DNA of 63,472 nucleotides, the filler included, from Phoronis australis (lineage: Eukaryota; Animalia; Phoronida): assembly GCA_002633005.1 (NCBI GenBank). It is 9 parts of 9 records of this genome, joined end to end, with 100 filler letters (N's around TTAATTAATTAA, not from the genome) between each part and the next. Parts side by side here need not be neighbours in the genome. Positions count along the whole stretch, not along the records: positions 1 to 8,866 come from NMRA01001863.1; positions 8,967 to 19,514 come from NMRA01000463.1; 7 more parts are not named here. The stretch is one strand, 5' to 3'. The notes below the pieces were generated by a model, which was not told the DNA's origin, did not search any database, and was given only the letters and a program-made list of their open reading frames with translations. Shown here piece by piece: positions 1 through 12,800 of this stretch. The first letter of the stretch is position 1. The number at the start of each line of letters is the position of its first letter. Made by a program: the position numbers and the translations under genes.

Positions 1-369
1 TTGCAAATCACTCCAACTGCACACACTATCCAGCCCCCTCAAGACAAGCCTGACCACAAGCTATCCCATGAGCCTTAGCGCAGGAAGTAACTCGCACATG
101 CGCAATGCGTAGTTCGTTTGCGCTGCAAATCCGCTATTGAGGATACAATGACCATGCCTTTCCATTTTGTAAAGTACAACATACTACATATATGCCCTCT
201 ACTGGCCACTTTATGGTACCAATAAACAACCCTAGAAGGATACCGTATGTATGCGGTGCAATTGTGGGCGCATTTCAACGCTCTGCGTTACCTGATAGTT
301 GTAAACACCCATAGGACCATACTGTCTGAGGTGCAGTTGTGGGGGCATTTCAATGCTTGTGTTCTTGTT

Positions 370-693
370 ACTAAAATTTAGCAAAAAATGTAGGCTTATA
401 ATCATTAAATTTCATATGATATAAATGTTCAAGATAACTTAGAAAAGTGTTAACAACATTTTTGAGATGATCACTTCATTTTATGAAACTTCTTAGTTTA
501 TTTTTTATATAATTTAAAGTCCCATATTTTATAGCCCTCATGCAAAAGTGGATCATTTAAAAAAGAAACCATGTGACAATCATGGTTTCTGAAATAGTTG
601 TGTTGGGTACGAATCTCATCAGCCATTTCTGAGATATGATGAATTTCCTGAAGTTACATTGCCAAATTTGGATATTAGTCTAGGGTCCTTCAA
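370..693. mobile_element. Non-autonomous DNA transposon fragment (Kolobok-like terminus); same family as 54560-55012
   Basis: Colinear similarity with 54680-55012 (AAAATTTAGCAAAAAAT, ATAGCCCYCATGCAAA, ATCAGCCATTTYTG, TTGCCAAAYTTGG, ending CCTTCA). The superfamily call is inference from the terminus only. Confidence 0.45.
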
Positions 694-1450
694 TTGCTAA
701 CTTCAGACAGATCAGGAAATAGGTATTGGCATTTTTTGCTTTTGTAAGTAGAGTAACAGTACAGCACAGTTCATTGTTTTGGTGTGGTTGGGTGGATGGT
801 ATTGTGTGAAACAATTTAATATAGAGAGGTATGTCACATGTTTTCTCTGACTGGTGAAAGGTAGTTTTTTAATTGTCAAATTGTTGTTGAAACGAATAAA
901 TGGTGGTTTAAGGAATATCAAAAGTGGAATAATTTGGCCTCTGGGTAGTGCTGGTAACTGAGTTGTTCCAGTTATCATTCCTGGATGTCTATGGTTGTGG
1001 TACTTGATTTGCAAATCTCATCCAAAGGTCAGCTTGAGTTCAAATTCTGAATGTTCACTTACCCAATCATAGAACAAGATTCTTTATTTGGTATCACATA
1101 TAATCTGATGAATTGGAATAAATCATTGCTGACAGTCTAGCTCCTCCTCTTCTCAACACTCCGTCTCAGCCTCACAGGTACGTAATGGTTAGGATTAACA
1201 TTAATGTCATCTATGATAATGCACAAATGATATCTGATAACAAAGCTTGTTCATTCCAATACAATCTGTTATAAAATGCTCCATTGTAGAGTTTGTAGTA
1301 TGTGAACTTAATTAATGTTGAAATTTTCTTTTCTCTGAAAGTAAAATTTCAAACAAAGATAGGTTGTTCAAACCCAAATTTAGTGCACGGTTAAAAACGG
1401 TTACGCAGCCGTTCTGTAGTTCTTTTTATAATACCGGTATTTTATTTCAG

Positions 1451-1565
1451 AAACGGCATATGCAGATGCCATTATGGTTGCCACGGAAACAGTATGCAAA
1501 AGGTTATGTTTACTTCCTGAGGAAAAATGCAAAAATCTTTGAACGAATGTTTAGATGGCTTGGAG
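1451..1565 (+). other. Candidate isolated exon of an unidentified gene
   Basis: Polypyrimidine tttatttcag acceptor and GAG|gtaagt donor. One frame is open (KRHMQMPLWLPRKQYAKGYVYFLRKNAKIFERMFRWLG). No recognisable homology. Confidence 0.25.
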
Positions 1566-1699
1566 GTAAGTAACCTTTTACTGAGAACACTCAGCCTGAG
1601 TCTGTTAGACTGTGCCGTTTTTTGTGCACTCACATATTTGTACATGAGGTTGTATTGCTGTCTGTTTGTTCGACATCCACTGCTGTATCTCCTCTGCCC

Positions 1700-3085
1700 T
1701 TTGATGGAAATTTTGCAGCCAAGTTGTTCCCATTATGGTTGAAGCCCCATGCACAAAGTTTAGTTTTTAGGTTTGCCTCTGTATCTACCAAATTCCTTAG
1801 CAGATTTTCATGAACATTGGCACTCAGGCTTAAGAGATGATGACATCATTGCATGTTTGTATGGTTTCAACTTATTCTGCACCACCCCTCTGTATTGGCC
1901 AAACTGTTTGAAAGGTCAGGATGAAATTTGGTAGATATGTTCCTGTTGAAATGAGCTAAAATGTTTTCAGTCAGGTCCAACTGCTACAGTTGGCCCTTGT
2001 GGCAGTTTTATGGATCTTCCCTGACATTTGTTGCATGTGTTCCTATTGGGCATTCAAGCACAGCTAACATTGATTTTGGGTCAAGTCTGTCTACTGTGAT
2101 GTCTCCCAGTCTTTGTTTTCTTTACATATGCCTTGAAAGCTGTCTTCATAAGATATGACAAGTAAGGTTTTGTGATTGAGATGACGGCACTCATGCAGTT
2201 CCATTTTTATTGTTACTTGGCGGAATTCTGGGAATTCTACCAAGTATGTTGCTCTGCCATCAAGTTTTTTTTTTCACAGTCTACAGGTCGCAATTTTCGA
2301 CCGATCCACACGAAATTTGCACACGTCGTGTTGATCAAAAAGTCCTGGAAGCTAATTGTTTTTGGTCATGATCAGATACAAAATGGCGGACGTGGCGGCC
2401 ATTTTGTATCCGATTTCACAGTCAAATGCTCGTAGTGGCCGCATTTTTCGACGTACATGGCTGAAAATTGGTACGATTATACTAGAACGCATGTGCTACA
2501 AGTGTGCAGAAAATCGTTGACTTCCGGCCAAACATGGCGGAAATATTGGAAGTGGCGCATGCGCACCCCGAAATATGGCCAAAACGTTTTCTCCTGTAGA
2601 GGGCGCATTTGCAAACCAATCACTTTCAAACTGGTCACGTGTTTGTTGAGTTTAATAGGCTTTTGTAAGAGTTTATTGAACCGGAAGTCACTTTCAAGAT
2701 GGCGGCTGTGGCGCATGTTCACAAGGTTTCAGTCGTTCTGCTGTCGCATTTTTAATGGGAAGAGCAAATGACGTGAATTTTTTGCATGTGGATTCCTTTA
2801 AGTATGACCTTTCAAAAAGTCTGGGAGAGTGTATTTCTCAGACTTACCGTTATTTGACTTTGAATTTCAAAAATCCCGGCAAATTTTCAATTTTTTCGAA
2901 ATTTTTTTTGATTTTTGCCAAACTATCACTTTAGATAGAGTTTTGAACGGGCTTCCAGAAAATATTTTCCATTTTGCGCTACAACGTCTACTTTTTGAAT
3001 TATTCGGGATTTTCGGATACCGTTGTTCCTTTGGTCACCTATGCAAGGACCCAGCTGGCTGGCTTTCAGTTCAGTTTGTTTTGAT
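1700..3085. mobile_element. Degenerate HINE/DINE-1-like interspersed repeat(s)
   Basis: Recurrent TCATGAAATTTG-type and CAAAATGGCGG cores (e.g. 2310, 2380, 2530, 2697) typical of non-autonomous Helentron-associated repeats in invertebrates. No coding capacity. Confidence 0.4.
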
Positions 3086-4712
3086 TATGCCTAGTTGACC
3101 CCGACTGACCCAGCCAGCACTGTCCTACTGTAGACTGGAATTCCTGGCCAAATACTTATTGTAAACATAACTTTGCTCTGCAGACTGTCACATAGCGCCA
3201 CCTATTTTAGAATGTGGGAACAAAGCATGGCTCGTCTGTCATGTTGCGCCATCTATTGTTCTTTATTGTAGTTGATTGAATGCTCTCTATTTGATTTCTT
3301 CGCTAGTCACATGAATGTTATTGTGTTGTTCATAATTGCTGCCTTGATCGTCATGATTGTCTTCGTCCTCCCCATCGTTGTCTTTTCGATTAATTCCGCC
3401 CAAGTGTCGCTCCTCCGAGCGCTCTCGTTTTTGTGTCCGTTTTTTGTTTGTCCCTTGTCTACCAAATCACTTGAGGAATCATTATTTAAAAGTTGATTGG
3501 TGTGTTCCTATAAAGGAGAGCTGACTGACATTAATTTTTTGGTTCCAATCCAACCATAGTCACTCTGATTCTATAATGGCAATTTTAGGTCTGCCTTGAT
3601 GTCTGCCAAGATCTTTCATGGACCTTTTTAAATTTGGCGTCAGTTATCCTATTGAAGTGAGTAGGACTGCCACTGATTTTTGGACAGATTCGACTTCAAG
3701 TCAGAAAAATAAATACTCGATGAGAATTACAAAATTCATGTGTTCAAAAGTCTGTGTCCAAACTGAAAAAGATTGAAGCCCTGGAATTGGTCAATGGAAT
3801 TGGTGTAAAAGGCAAAAAGCTCCCTCTTTGTTTAAGAAATGACTTATATTGTTGCACTTTTTTCGATCTCATCACAAGTAAGCCAAACTTCTTATAGCGA
3901 AAACCAAAAGTAAAAAGATGTTTTGGAGAATACTGCTAATTTGACGCTTCTTGTAGTAGGTTGGGGTTTCTTTGGGTCTAGTTCAATGTCTACCAATTTC
4001 ATGTGTGGATCTTCATGAAAGTTTTTGTATGTGTTCTCACTCAGGAAAGCATGGTTGGTGTTGATTTTAAGATAGATCTGAGTACTGTGGCACCCCCTAG
4101 TGGAAAATTGCTGTTTTGTCTGTCTCAATATCCACCATGATTTGATGGATTTTCAGGACATTTGAGGACAGCACAACTGATGTTGACTATTGAACAGAGG
4201 AGACCGCTGTTACTAAAAGTTATTATCACCCTTTATACTTGTGGTGCTTACAGTGGACACACATGGACACTCCCGGGATGCTCTTGCTTTTAATGTAATC
4301 TTAACAGTACCTAATAAGTTGTTTTAATAGAGTCCCGTTTGCTTTTCGTGATTGCATAATTTTTCACATAGGGTTAAATTTTAATGTCTGTATTCTAAAG
4401 CTAGTTCAATGAAAGTGAAGTTTCAGTTCTAAGGTTCTCGGCACAATGTTAGAATCTTACAAGTTTCGTACAAAATGGCTGCCAACACTGTACTTTTTCA
4501 TTTTTCAGGGATTTTCTAACATTGTTATTGATGATCACAATTTTTTCAAAACATCATTGTCTGATACTGTCTTGTATATGATTTTAAGCATGACGAAGCA
4601 TTATTTTGGTGCTACATATGAAAACATGAGAAAATGTAATTTCACTCGTCTGCCTTATTGGGTCCTAAATAGGTGATATTTTGCCATACGTATTCGTTGT
4701 GTTTAAATACAG

Positions 4713-5018
4713 TTGGAAGTTGTGAATACTGAATATTGGATTTGACTAAAGCATGTACTTTTTTACCTGCTCATTTGGAAGTTGTGAATACTGAATATTG
4801 GATTTGACTAAAGCATGTACTTTTTTACCTCTCATTTGGAAGTTGTGAATACTGAATATTGGATTTGACTAAAGCATGTACTTTTTTACCTCTCATTTGG
4901 AAGTTGTGAATACTGAATATTGGATTTGACTAAAGCATGTACTTTTTACCTCTCATTTGGAAGTTGTGAATACTGAATATTGGATTTGACTAAAGCATGT
5001 ACTTTTTTACCTCTCATT
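4713..5018. repeat. Minisatellite, ~61-bp unit x5
   Basis: TTGGAAGTTGTGAATACTGAATATTGGATTTGACTAAAGCATGTACTTTTTTACCTCTCAT repeated five times, nearly identical. Confidence 0.95.
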
Positions 5019-7579
5019 CCTAAAATTTAAGGTAATTTTCTGATCTTTGATAATTGTTTGGTACCTTTATTTCATAGTGAGCATAATTAGCTGATAAAAT
5101 ATAGATCCAAATCTTGTTTTGCATCTCTCAATTTCATAATCACAATGCGTTATGTGAGCATATTTTCTAATTGTGCATGTCGTGGAATTTCTCTAGTGTA
5201 AATGACTTGCATAAAATTAATTAAGTTCTTGTTTTGACATTTTTACATTGCGGCATTATGCAGTCATCTCTGTCTGTCCGGCATCTATCTAGCGTACGTC
5301 GGGCGTTCGCTGCTCTATCTCTAAAACCCTTTGATGTTTGTTCATGAAATTTTGCGTGTGTTCCTTTCAAGGATGGGACGGCATGAGCGAACTTATGGAC
5401 AGTTCCGACTATCGGTGTGCTCCCTAGTGGCAATTTTAGTTTTTTATGTTTACCTCGGTATCATCAAAGGTCCCTAACAGATTTTCATAAAATTGAGCAG
5501 ATAGGCATCTATTAATGGGATGGCGGTATCATGCGGTTTTCAGATGGATTTGAGGTATTTTGTGCCACCTAGTTGCCATTTTTATGCACCCACATATTTA
5601 TATGCACTTTCGGACGGATCCGACTACCGGTGTGCCCCCTAGTGGCAATTTTATTATTTTACACTTACCTTTGTGTCTTCAAAAGTCTTGAACAGATTTT
5701 CATGAAATTTGTTATGTAGGCACCTATTGGTGAGATGACGCTATCCTCCCGTTTTCGGATGGATTCGACGTAGTTTGCGCCACGTAGTGGCCATTTTTAC
5801 TGTTTTCGAGTCTGTTTTTTGTGTCCACCCCTCTATCAACCAAACCGCTCAAAGGATGATTGTGAAAATTGGCATGTATGTGCTTACTATGAAGAGGACG
5901 GTTGACGATGATTTTTCGACGATTTCGATTACTGTGGCGCCTTTTAGTGGCAGTTTTCTTTTTTTGCGCCTATGGCTGTATCTCCTAAACCGTTCGCAGA
6001 ATCTTTACTTAATTTAGCAAGTGTATTTATGTTATGTTGACTAAGGATGACGACGACTTTCAGACAGATCTGAGTACTGCTGTGCCCCCTAGTGTCAATT
6101 TTAGTTTTTTACGTTTAACTCAGTATCTTCAAAGGTTCTCAACAGATTTTCATAAAATTTTATATATAGGCATCTATTGGTGTGATGGTGTTATCTGCCT
6201 GTTTTTGGCCACTTTTCCTGTTATCAAATCTTGTTTTTGGTGTCCATCTCTGTATCAAACCAAATCATTTGAAAATTGGCTTATATGTTTTCAGTGTGAA
6301 GACGACCTTTGATGATGGTGACTGATTACAAGACTACCCCACTACGGTAGTTTTGTTTTGCGCCCATAGTTGTATCTCTTAAACCCACTGCAGGATCTTT
6401 ACTAAATTTAGTAAGTGTATTTATATGAAGATAACAACAGACGCTGACTACTTTCAGGCGGATCCAATGGACACTGTGCCCACTAGTGGCAATTTCATTT
6501 TATACTGTTTTCCTTTGTTTCTCTGAAGTTCCTAGACAGATTTTTATGAAATATGGCCTGTTCCTGTTTTTGGATGGATTGTATGTTTTTGCGCCATCTA
6601 GTTTCCATTTTTATGATACAAATAAACAACCCTAAAAGCATACCATTTGCAATGCATTCGTGGGCGCATTTCAGCGCTTCACGTTGCTCTTGTTACTGTT
6701 TTTGAGTCTTTTTGGCGTCCGTCCCTCTATCAACCAATGCACTCTAAAGATGATTGTGAAAATTGGTATATACGGTATGTTTCTACTGTAAATAGGATAT
6801 CGAACGATGAGTTTCCAATGACCTCGACTACAGTAATATGGCGCCTTCTAGTGGCAGGTTTTTTTGCGCTCATGGCTCTCCTATACCTTCTGCAGGATCT
6901 TGGCAAGTGTATTTATATGAAGTTGATGACGACGACTTTCGGACGGATCCGACAACCGCTATGCCTCCTAGTGGCAATTTCATTTTCTTTTCAATTTTCC
7001 TATGTTTCTCTGAAGTGCGTCGATGGATTTTTTGAAATTTGGTCACTAGCTTTCTATTAAAGAAAGGATGTCTGACATGTTCCCGTTTTCGGATGTATTT
7101 GACATATTTTGCACCATCTAGTGGTCATTTTTACTGTTTTCTAGTCTGTTTTTTGCATCCGTCCCTCTATCAACCTAACTACTCCAAGGATGATTTTGAA
7201 AATTTTTGTTGCTACTATGAAGAGGACGGCTGATGATGTTTTTGGACAACTTGGACTACTGTGGCACCTCCTAGTGGCATTTTTTGTGTCTATTGATATA
7301 TCTCCCAAACCCTTAGCAGGAACTTTATTAAATTTGGCAAGTGTATTTATATGAATTTGACAACGGACAACAACGACATTTGGATGGATCCGACTACCGC
7401 TGTGCCCCTCTAGTTGTCATTTTAAAACCTTTTTAGTATGTTTTGGACATCACATTCTCCATCCTCCAAACCACTTGTAGGATCATTATTAAAATTAGGA
7501 GTTGTGTTCCTGATTAGAAGACCGAGGCTGACGTTGATTTTCAGACATGTTCAACTACTCTTGCATCTTATCTTATAAG

Positions 7580-8160
7580 ATCAATTTACTCAGAGACTGA
7601 AGATTTAAGAATTCGAACATTTCGGACTGTACTCTGCTGTCCTTTATCAACGAATAGTAGGGGACGTCCTGGTTTTCCGCTGTTCTGTTATCCGGAAGTA
7701 GTATGACGTCGTTGATAGGCGGAAGCTGCAATCCTTAATCACGATTCATGGTGGGCTTGTTGGTCTTGATATGTATGGATTCTTTAATCTTTCTTGAGAA
7801 CCAGTTCTTCTCTTTAGCCAGGATCTTGGCATGTTTGCCACATACAGTTTGGCTGGAGATTCCCACGCTAGTGGGCTTGTCCAGTTTGTTGTGTTCTGTG
7901 ATTCTGGTGCCTAGGGATCACCTAGTCTTGCTGATGTAGGTATGAGNGATGGATCTTCAGTGCATGAGTATTGACATATGGACACAACATTGGCGATCAA
8001 GGGGGGTGGGGTTCTTGGGGTGGACTGGCTGGTTTCTCAGGATTTTAACAGGCTACATTATGTTGATATCGTAAGACTTGTACACTCGACGTAGATGTTC
8101 TGAGAGCCCCTTGATGTAGGGAATAGAGACTGATGGCAATTTCTTCTCTTCTTGATCCCC
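7580..8160 (-). mobile_element. Penelope-like retroelement 3' fragment (GIY-YIG endonuclease plus pLTR), decayed
   Basis: Minus strand reads LPSVSIPYIKGLSEHLRRVYK...LGTRITEHNKLDKPT...KILAKEKNWFSRKIKESIHIKTNKPTMNRD*GLQLPP, typical of the PLE C-terminus, with stops and frameshifts. Homologous to 56377-56773. Confidence 0.85.
7611..7655 (-). ncRNA. Minimal type-I hammerhead-ribozyme-like motif (U3-A8 core variant) in the Penelope pLTR
   Basis: Minus strand: AUUCG-UUGAUAA-A-GGAC(agcagaguaca)GUCC-GAAA-UGUU-CGAAU. Stem I is AUUCG/CGAAU and stem II is GGAC/GUCC. It lies at the 3' end of a PLE, where hammerheads are established. Confidence 0.6.
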
Positions 8161-8752
8161 AGGGGGTCTCCCCTAGGTCTCTTGCACCCCCTAGTAGCAC
8201 ATTTATTGTTTTTGCATTCACAGCTGTATTTTCTTTAGCCTTTACAAGCTGTACTCCCTAGTGGCAATTGTATTTTTTGCATTTGCCTCTGTAATTTGAG
8301 ACTTCCTTGATGCTTTTTCATGAAATTTGGCAAACAAATTTCTGTTATGGAGATGACAGCATCTTTCCTTTTTGTGATGGATTTGATGTATTCTGCACCA
8401 ACGAGTGGCCTTTTAATTAATTTTTAGTCTGTTTTTTGTCGTCTGCTCCTGTATCTGCCAAACCGCATTGAGGATCATTATGAAAATTGGCAGATGTGTT
8501 TCTACTGACTAGAGCATGACTGACATAGATTTTCAAACGGGTCCAACTACTGTGGTGCCCCTTAGTGACATTTTTCACATTTACTGCTGTATCTCCTAAA
8601 CCTTGAAATTTCGCAATTGTTCCTATTAACTTGACAACAGATAGATGGATTCAACTAGCTGTGGTTCCTAAAGAACACTAACAGCTTATTATTTAAAATG
8701 ACTTATTCTTATTAAAATGACATAGGCAAAAAATTGAATTTTGGACCTCAAA

Positions 8753-8866
8753 AGCGAGGCCCCCTATATTAATATAGGGGGCCTCGCTGAAAGGAGGCCG
8801 GAAAGCGGGGCCTCTATATTAATATAGGGGGCCCCGCTGAAAGGAGGCCGGAGAGCGGGGCCCTCT
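8753..8866. repeat. Tandem 51-bp unit containing a 36-bp palindrome, running into a gap
   Basis: AGCGAGGCCCCCTATATT|AATATAGGGGGCCTCGCT is a perfect palindrome at 8753-8788. About 2.2 units are visible. Confidence 0.9.
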
Positions 8867-8966
8867 NNNNNNNNNNNNNNNNNNNNNNNNNNNNNNNNNN
8901 NNNNNNNNNNTTAATTAATTAANNNNNNNNNNNNNNNNNNNNNNNNNNNNNNNNNNNNNNNNNNNN
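8867..8966. other. Artificial contig linker (also at 19515-19614, 25795-25894, 29242-29341, 32076-32175, 46807-46906, 53832-53931, 61361-61460)
   Basis: The identical N44-TTAATTAATTAA-N44 spacer occurs eight times. The 12-mer places stop codons in all six frames. Confidence 0.98.
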
Positions 8967-9715
8967 AATATAGGCCACCCAGTAATGACTGATCGGCGCA
9001 TGTGTTCGGTGGTGTCTTCTGAATTGAAGTAAACTTTCTCACAGATTGAAACACCAGTTTCCACTGGGATTATTTCAACTTGATACTCATTATAAACTAA
9101 ATTATGGTGACAGACAGTGCTCAACGTGATTTTTTCACGGGCAAGCTAAAACAGTAATAACTAATTAATGATATGGGTAATCATTCTGAAACCCACAACA
9201 AAAATCATACAGTATGTAGTTGTAGATTCTGCACCTGACTGACAAAGAACAGAACAAGTGCCTAGAAATTAAAATCAATATTATAGTGAGTGAGAGGTGT
9301 CAATAACATGACCGAACAGAAATGCCACACAAAATCAGTGACGTGTAAATTTATACTGACAGACAATTTGGTATGGAGTTGTCCACAAAATCAACGTTCT
9401 GAGAAAGACAACAGTCAGAAAAAAAAATAATTATATAAGGGACAGCCACTAAGGCCCGAGCTCACATATAAGAATCATTGTCTTATGTGAATATCATGCA
9501 ATGTAGAATTCCGTCACACATTCAATAAAAATGTGGGAAACATGCCGACATTCATCTCATAGATTACACTTTCCTACAACCCCCCAGTCCGTTGGCATCT
9601 TCAATAGCAGATTATTGGTATTTAGAGTACAAAGCAATGTACGTTATAAATTACGTTTTCCCTAATAACTAAATCAAAGTCGACAGTACGAAATGCCGGT
9701 AAAGTGTCAAGGCAA

Positions 9716-9870
9716 CCATTGGGGGATTTAGAGGGGACCAAGGGGACCATGGCACCCCTTAATTTCCTCCTGGTTCCATTTGGCAGTTCAGGGGTGCGAA
9801 TGTCTGACGGACAAAATTCTGGCCAATGCTCTGCCCTGCCCCCCTAACTCAAAATCCTGGATTCGCCCTG
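9716..9870. mobile_element. Short GC-rich MITE-like element
   Basis: Ends GGGGGATTTAGAGGGG...CCCCCTAA..CCTGGATTCGCCCTGG form imperfect inverted termini. A related end (CTAGATCCGCCACTG) occurs at 21903-21915 and ~52750-52764. Confidence 0.4.
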
Positions 9871-12800
9871 GCAACTGCAGGAGAATTACGACAACGCCGG
9901 TAAGTTGTCTTGTTTGAGCAGCAAAATCAAGCACACAATAGGCGTTCTTTGTAAGTTGGATGAGGAGCTCACTGTTTTAAATTAAGCTTTGTTTGTTTGT
10001 CGCGTGTGTGGATTGTTTTTGCTATTTTACACTTTTAACGGCCAGTAAAGCCCGTGGCCATTTGTTCCCAAGTACGCTGAATGCGCTCACGAGACCGGGC
10101 AGTCACACACGACAATTGCCCATTTCAGGCTGGCATTTTGCATAAGTTTCACAATGTCGTGATAAAGATGAGACATTTTCTGGTTTATCAATGTTTCTAT
10201 CTCTAACGTCTTTCCTGTATGGGTACAGCTGCTGAAATTTGGCGTACTCTCGCAATGAGTCAGGGATCACCTGAGTGGCCGAGTGTTGGCTGCGAGAGAT
10301 GCGAAGCACTTCACAGACTTATATGGTTATGCATTAAATCCTTTATTGTATGCAAAACGACAGATACGTTTTTGATTATAAAAAACAGCAAAAATTGAAT
10401 AAAGAACAAGGCATTTACGTTCACGATGATTACAGTCCTGTAGCTAGTATTACAAGGGGTGGTTCTAGAACGGCGAACCTTTGCCAAAGTGGAAACTGTA
10501 GAGCTTTCCGTAAGAACCCTGATTAGCTTAATCAGGTGGAAGAGAAATTGTATACACAACGATACCTCCTAGCTCTATGTTTGTGAGATGGGTCGGACTT
10601 CGTAATACCAGATACGAGGATGCCGTGACGAGGGGATTCGAATTCGGACATTCTAACGTTGACTCCTGCCAAACTTTCAAATCAGGAGTGATTAAATAAG
10701 ATATTACACCACATTTCATACTCGAACAAAAATATTCAGTTGGGTAATGACTGGTTGTAATTTGATTCTTACTTGAGTTGCTTTAATCGATGAAAATGAG
10801 AACAGTCTACTATTATGAAGGTTGACTCCTCTGAAGTTTCATTGCTCCGAAATTATCTACAATTCCGGACTGAGCCGTGATTTTTCTACTTTCACAAGTA
10901 GAAATGAAGGACATTTAGGTCGTTAATCAAACTGAGTGGTGTGTCTGTACCCATTTAATGCCCGCATGGCTGAAGAGTACGAGAAATGAGACTTTGAAGT
11001 AACAATATTGATGATTGATCAAACACGATTCATTTATCACATCCACGTCAAGATTGCATCATTTCACAGCTTGACTGAAAAGTTCAGGACCGCTGCGCCT
11101 CAGCCTCACGCACAGGAAACACAGGCATGATCTAGTCGAAGCTAATAGTACTTGTTGATCTAGACTGTCCCTGTCAGTCTTCACGAAGTAAAATAGTCCA
11201 TTCAGTCTCATGAAATGTAAAGCTGTCGTTGGTCCCCGCAGCCCTGACCCGATAGTGTCCTTGCTCAAGAATCGGTCATTAGTCAGGATACATTATTAGC
11301 AGTTAAAGAATTATTCAACTCTTGAAAACCCCTTAAATGGACTTTATAAGTTATGAATTTTTACAAAGTGAACTTTCGAAATAGTGGTGTAAACTTGGAA
11401 ATCTTTTCCATCAAAGTTTGTTGCTCATATGATGTCTGCAAAGCCCTACACCTTTGACACTGATAGACAAGAAAAAACTTTCTTCATTGACCAATTTTTT
11501 ATTAGGACTAGGCCTTCTTTCCCTAATAATGTGAACTTGTTCGTCAGGTTTTCTCAGCGCAAGACAGCACGGTAGTTAAATGTCTGTGTTTTAGCATCGA
11601 AGGAGACTGCCTGTATGGAGCTTACACATGGCGTGCACTGAAATTAAAAGAATGGAATCGCTTACGCTCCACGATTGCATGCCGATCCACCAAACAACAA
11701 ACAATGAAAGTTGTGAATGGATGAACAACGCATTTGGCGATCACTTTAATTTTCAAAGTGAAATTACCTGCAATTTACCTTACTATGCCAGCAAGTATAT
11801 CAAATTAGGATAACCAACCTTTTCCTGCTGTTTTGTTTCTTGGTCGATTTTAAAAGCATTCACACCGCACCATATTTTGGGCGCTCTTACGCTATGTTGT
11901 AGCCATCATTTGGGCGAAGTTGCCCGGGTACGGTCTGATGATTATTTGAAGCGCTATGAATCAGAAGCAAATTCAAAATTATTACTAACATACACGCAGT
12001 TATCATTGTAGTTAGTAATACCAGTTGCTGGAACAATTTTGATGTTTTGCCCATCTGTATCCTTTTCTTTAACGGATAGGCTGGGGCTGAACCTTTTCTT
12101 CGGGGGTAGTTCGATCGAATACTCCGAGTCCCCCTGTTTACGGGCCTGTGATATCAATCCGTTTTCAAGGGCAACCTGATTGTTATTCAGGATTCTTTCC
12201 TTAACTGATGCACATGATTTCAATAACGGAAACAGACGAGAACAATCGATGTTTTTTTGTTTTCGCTGGAAGTAAACACCGTTCTCAAAAAATTTACGTT
12301 TGATAACAGAATGGAGGTAAACACTGTGGTGTGCTGCATGTTACTAAGTTTGATATACATTACTAAATTTGGGAACTAGATTTCTCTTTGAGATTAGGTC
12401 TCAAGCACTCATTCAGACTGGCTATAAGTCTCATCTTCGAAGAAATTTAATGGGAACCAGACTCATACCTTTTGCACAGTTTTGCTCTTAATCGGTTTTT
12501 CCACTTAGTTTATCATTTGTGTAACTTGTTATCGATATGTATTATACTTTATGATATTCTACAGAAAACTGCTTACTATCATACAAGTGATCAAAAACAA
12601 ATCAAGCCGGAACACAATGTAGACAAACGTTTTGACCCACGAACGCTTGACTTAATGAAACACGTATGATAAGGGTAACGGTTCATCTTCATTATACTTT
12701 TGGGATTGAAAATTCAAATTTACTCAGTTCTGGAACTTCTGAACGAGATATTAACTCCAGATTACTGCATTAATTTAATGCTCCCCTGTGTCAGGTGCAA

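Larger units (their letters stand above)
5222..8690. repeat. Degenerate tandem satellite array inside a HINE/DINE-1-like element, interrupted by a Penelope fragment
   Basis: Begins with TTCTTGTT..GGCATTATG..(CTGT)n. Many diverged ~120-bp units follow, each with CGACTAC..GTGCCCCCTAGTGGCAATTT and TTCATGAAATTTGG motifs. Confidence 0.65.

Noticed and set aside
8786-8840. CUGA...GAAA spacing in the palindrome array resembling a hammerhead
   Set aside because: The core lacks G8-A9, there is no real stem II, and the cleavage position would be G.
8911-8922. Recurring TTAATTAATTAA palindrome as a biological motif
   Set aside because: Always centred in N runs; it is a synthetic six-frame-stop linker.
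8967-11000. Gypsy-like peptide hints on the minus strand (VITGWP, CETYAKCQ, SHAGI)
   Set aside because: The motifs are very short and not in Gypsy pol order, so they cannot be distinguished from chance.
11954-12223. 89-aa ORF with PPKKR and a USP Cys-box-like GITNYNDNC
   Set aside because: Poor match, no other USP motifs and no supporting splice structure.
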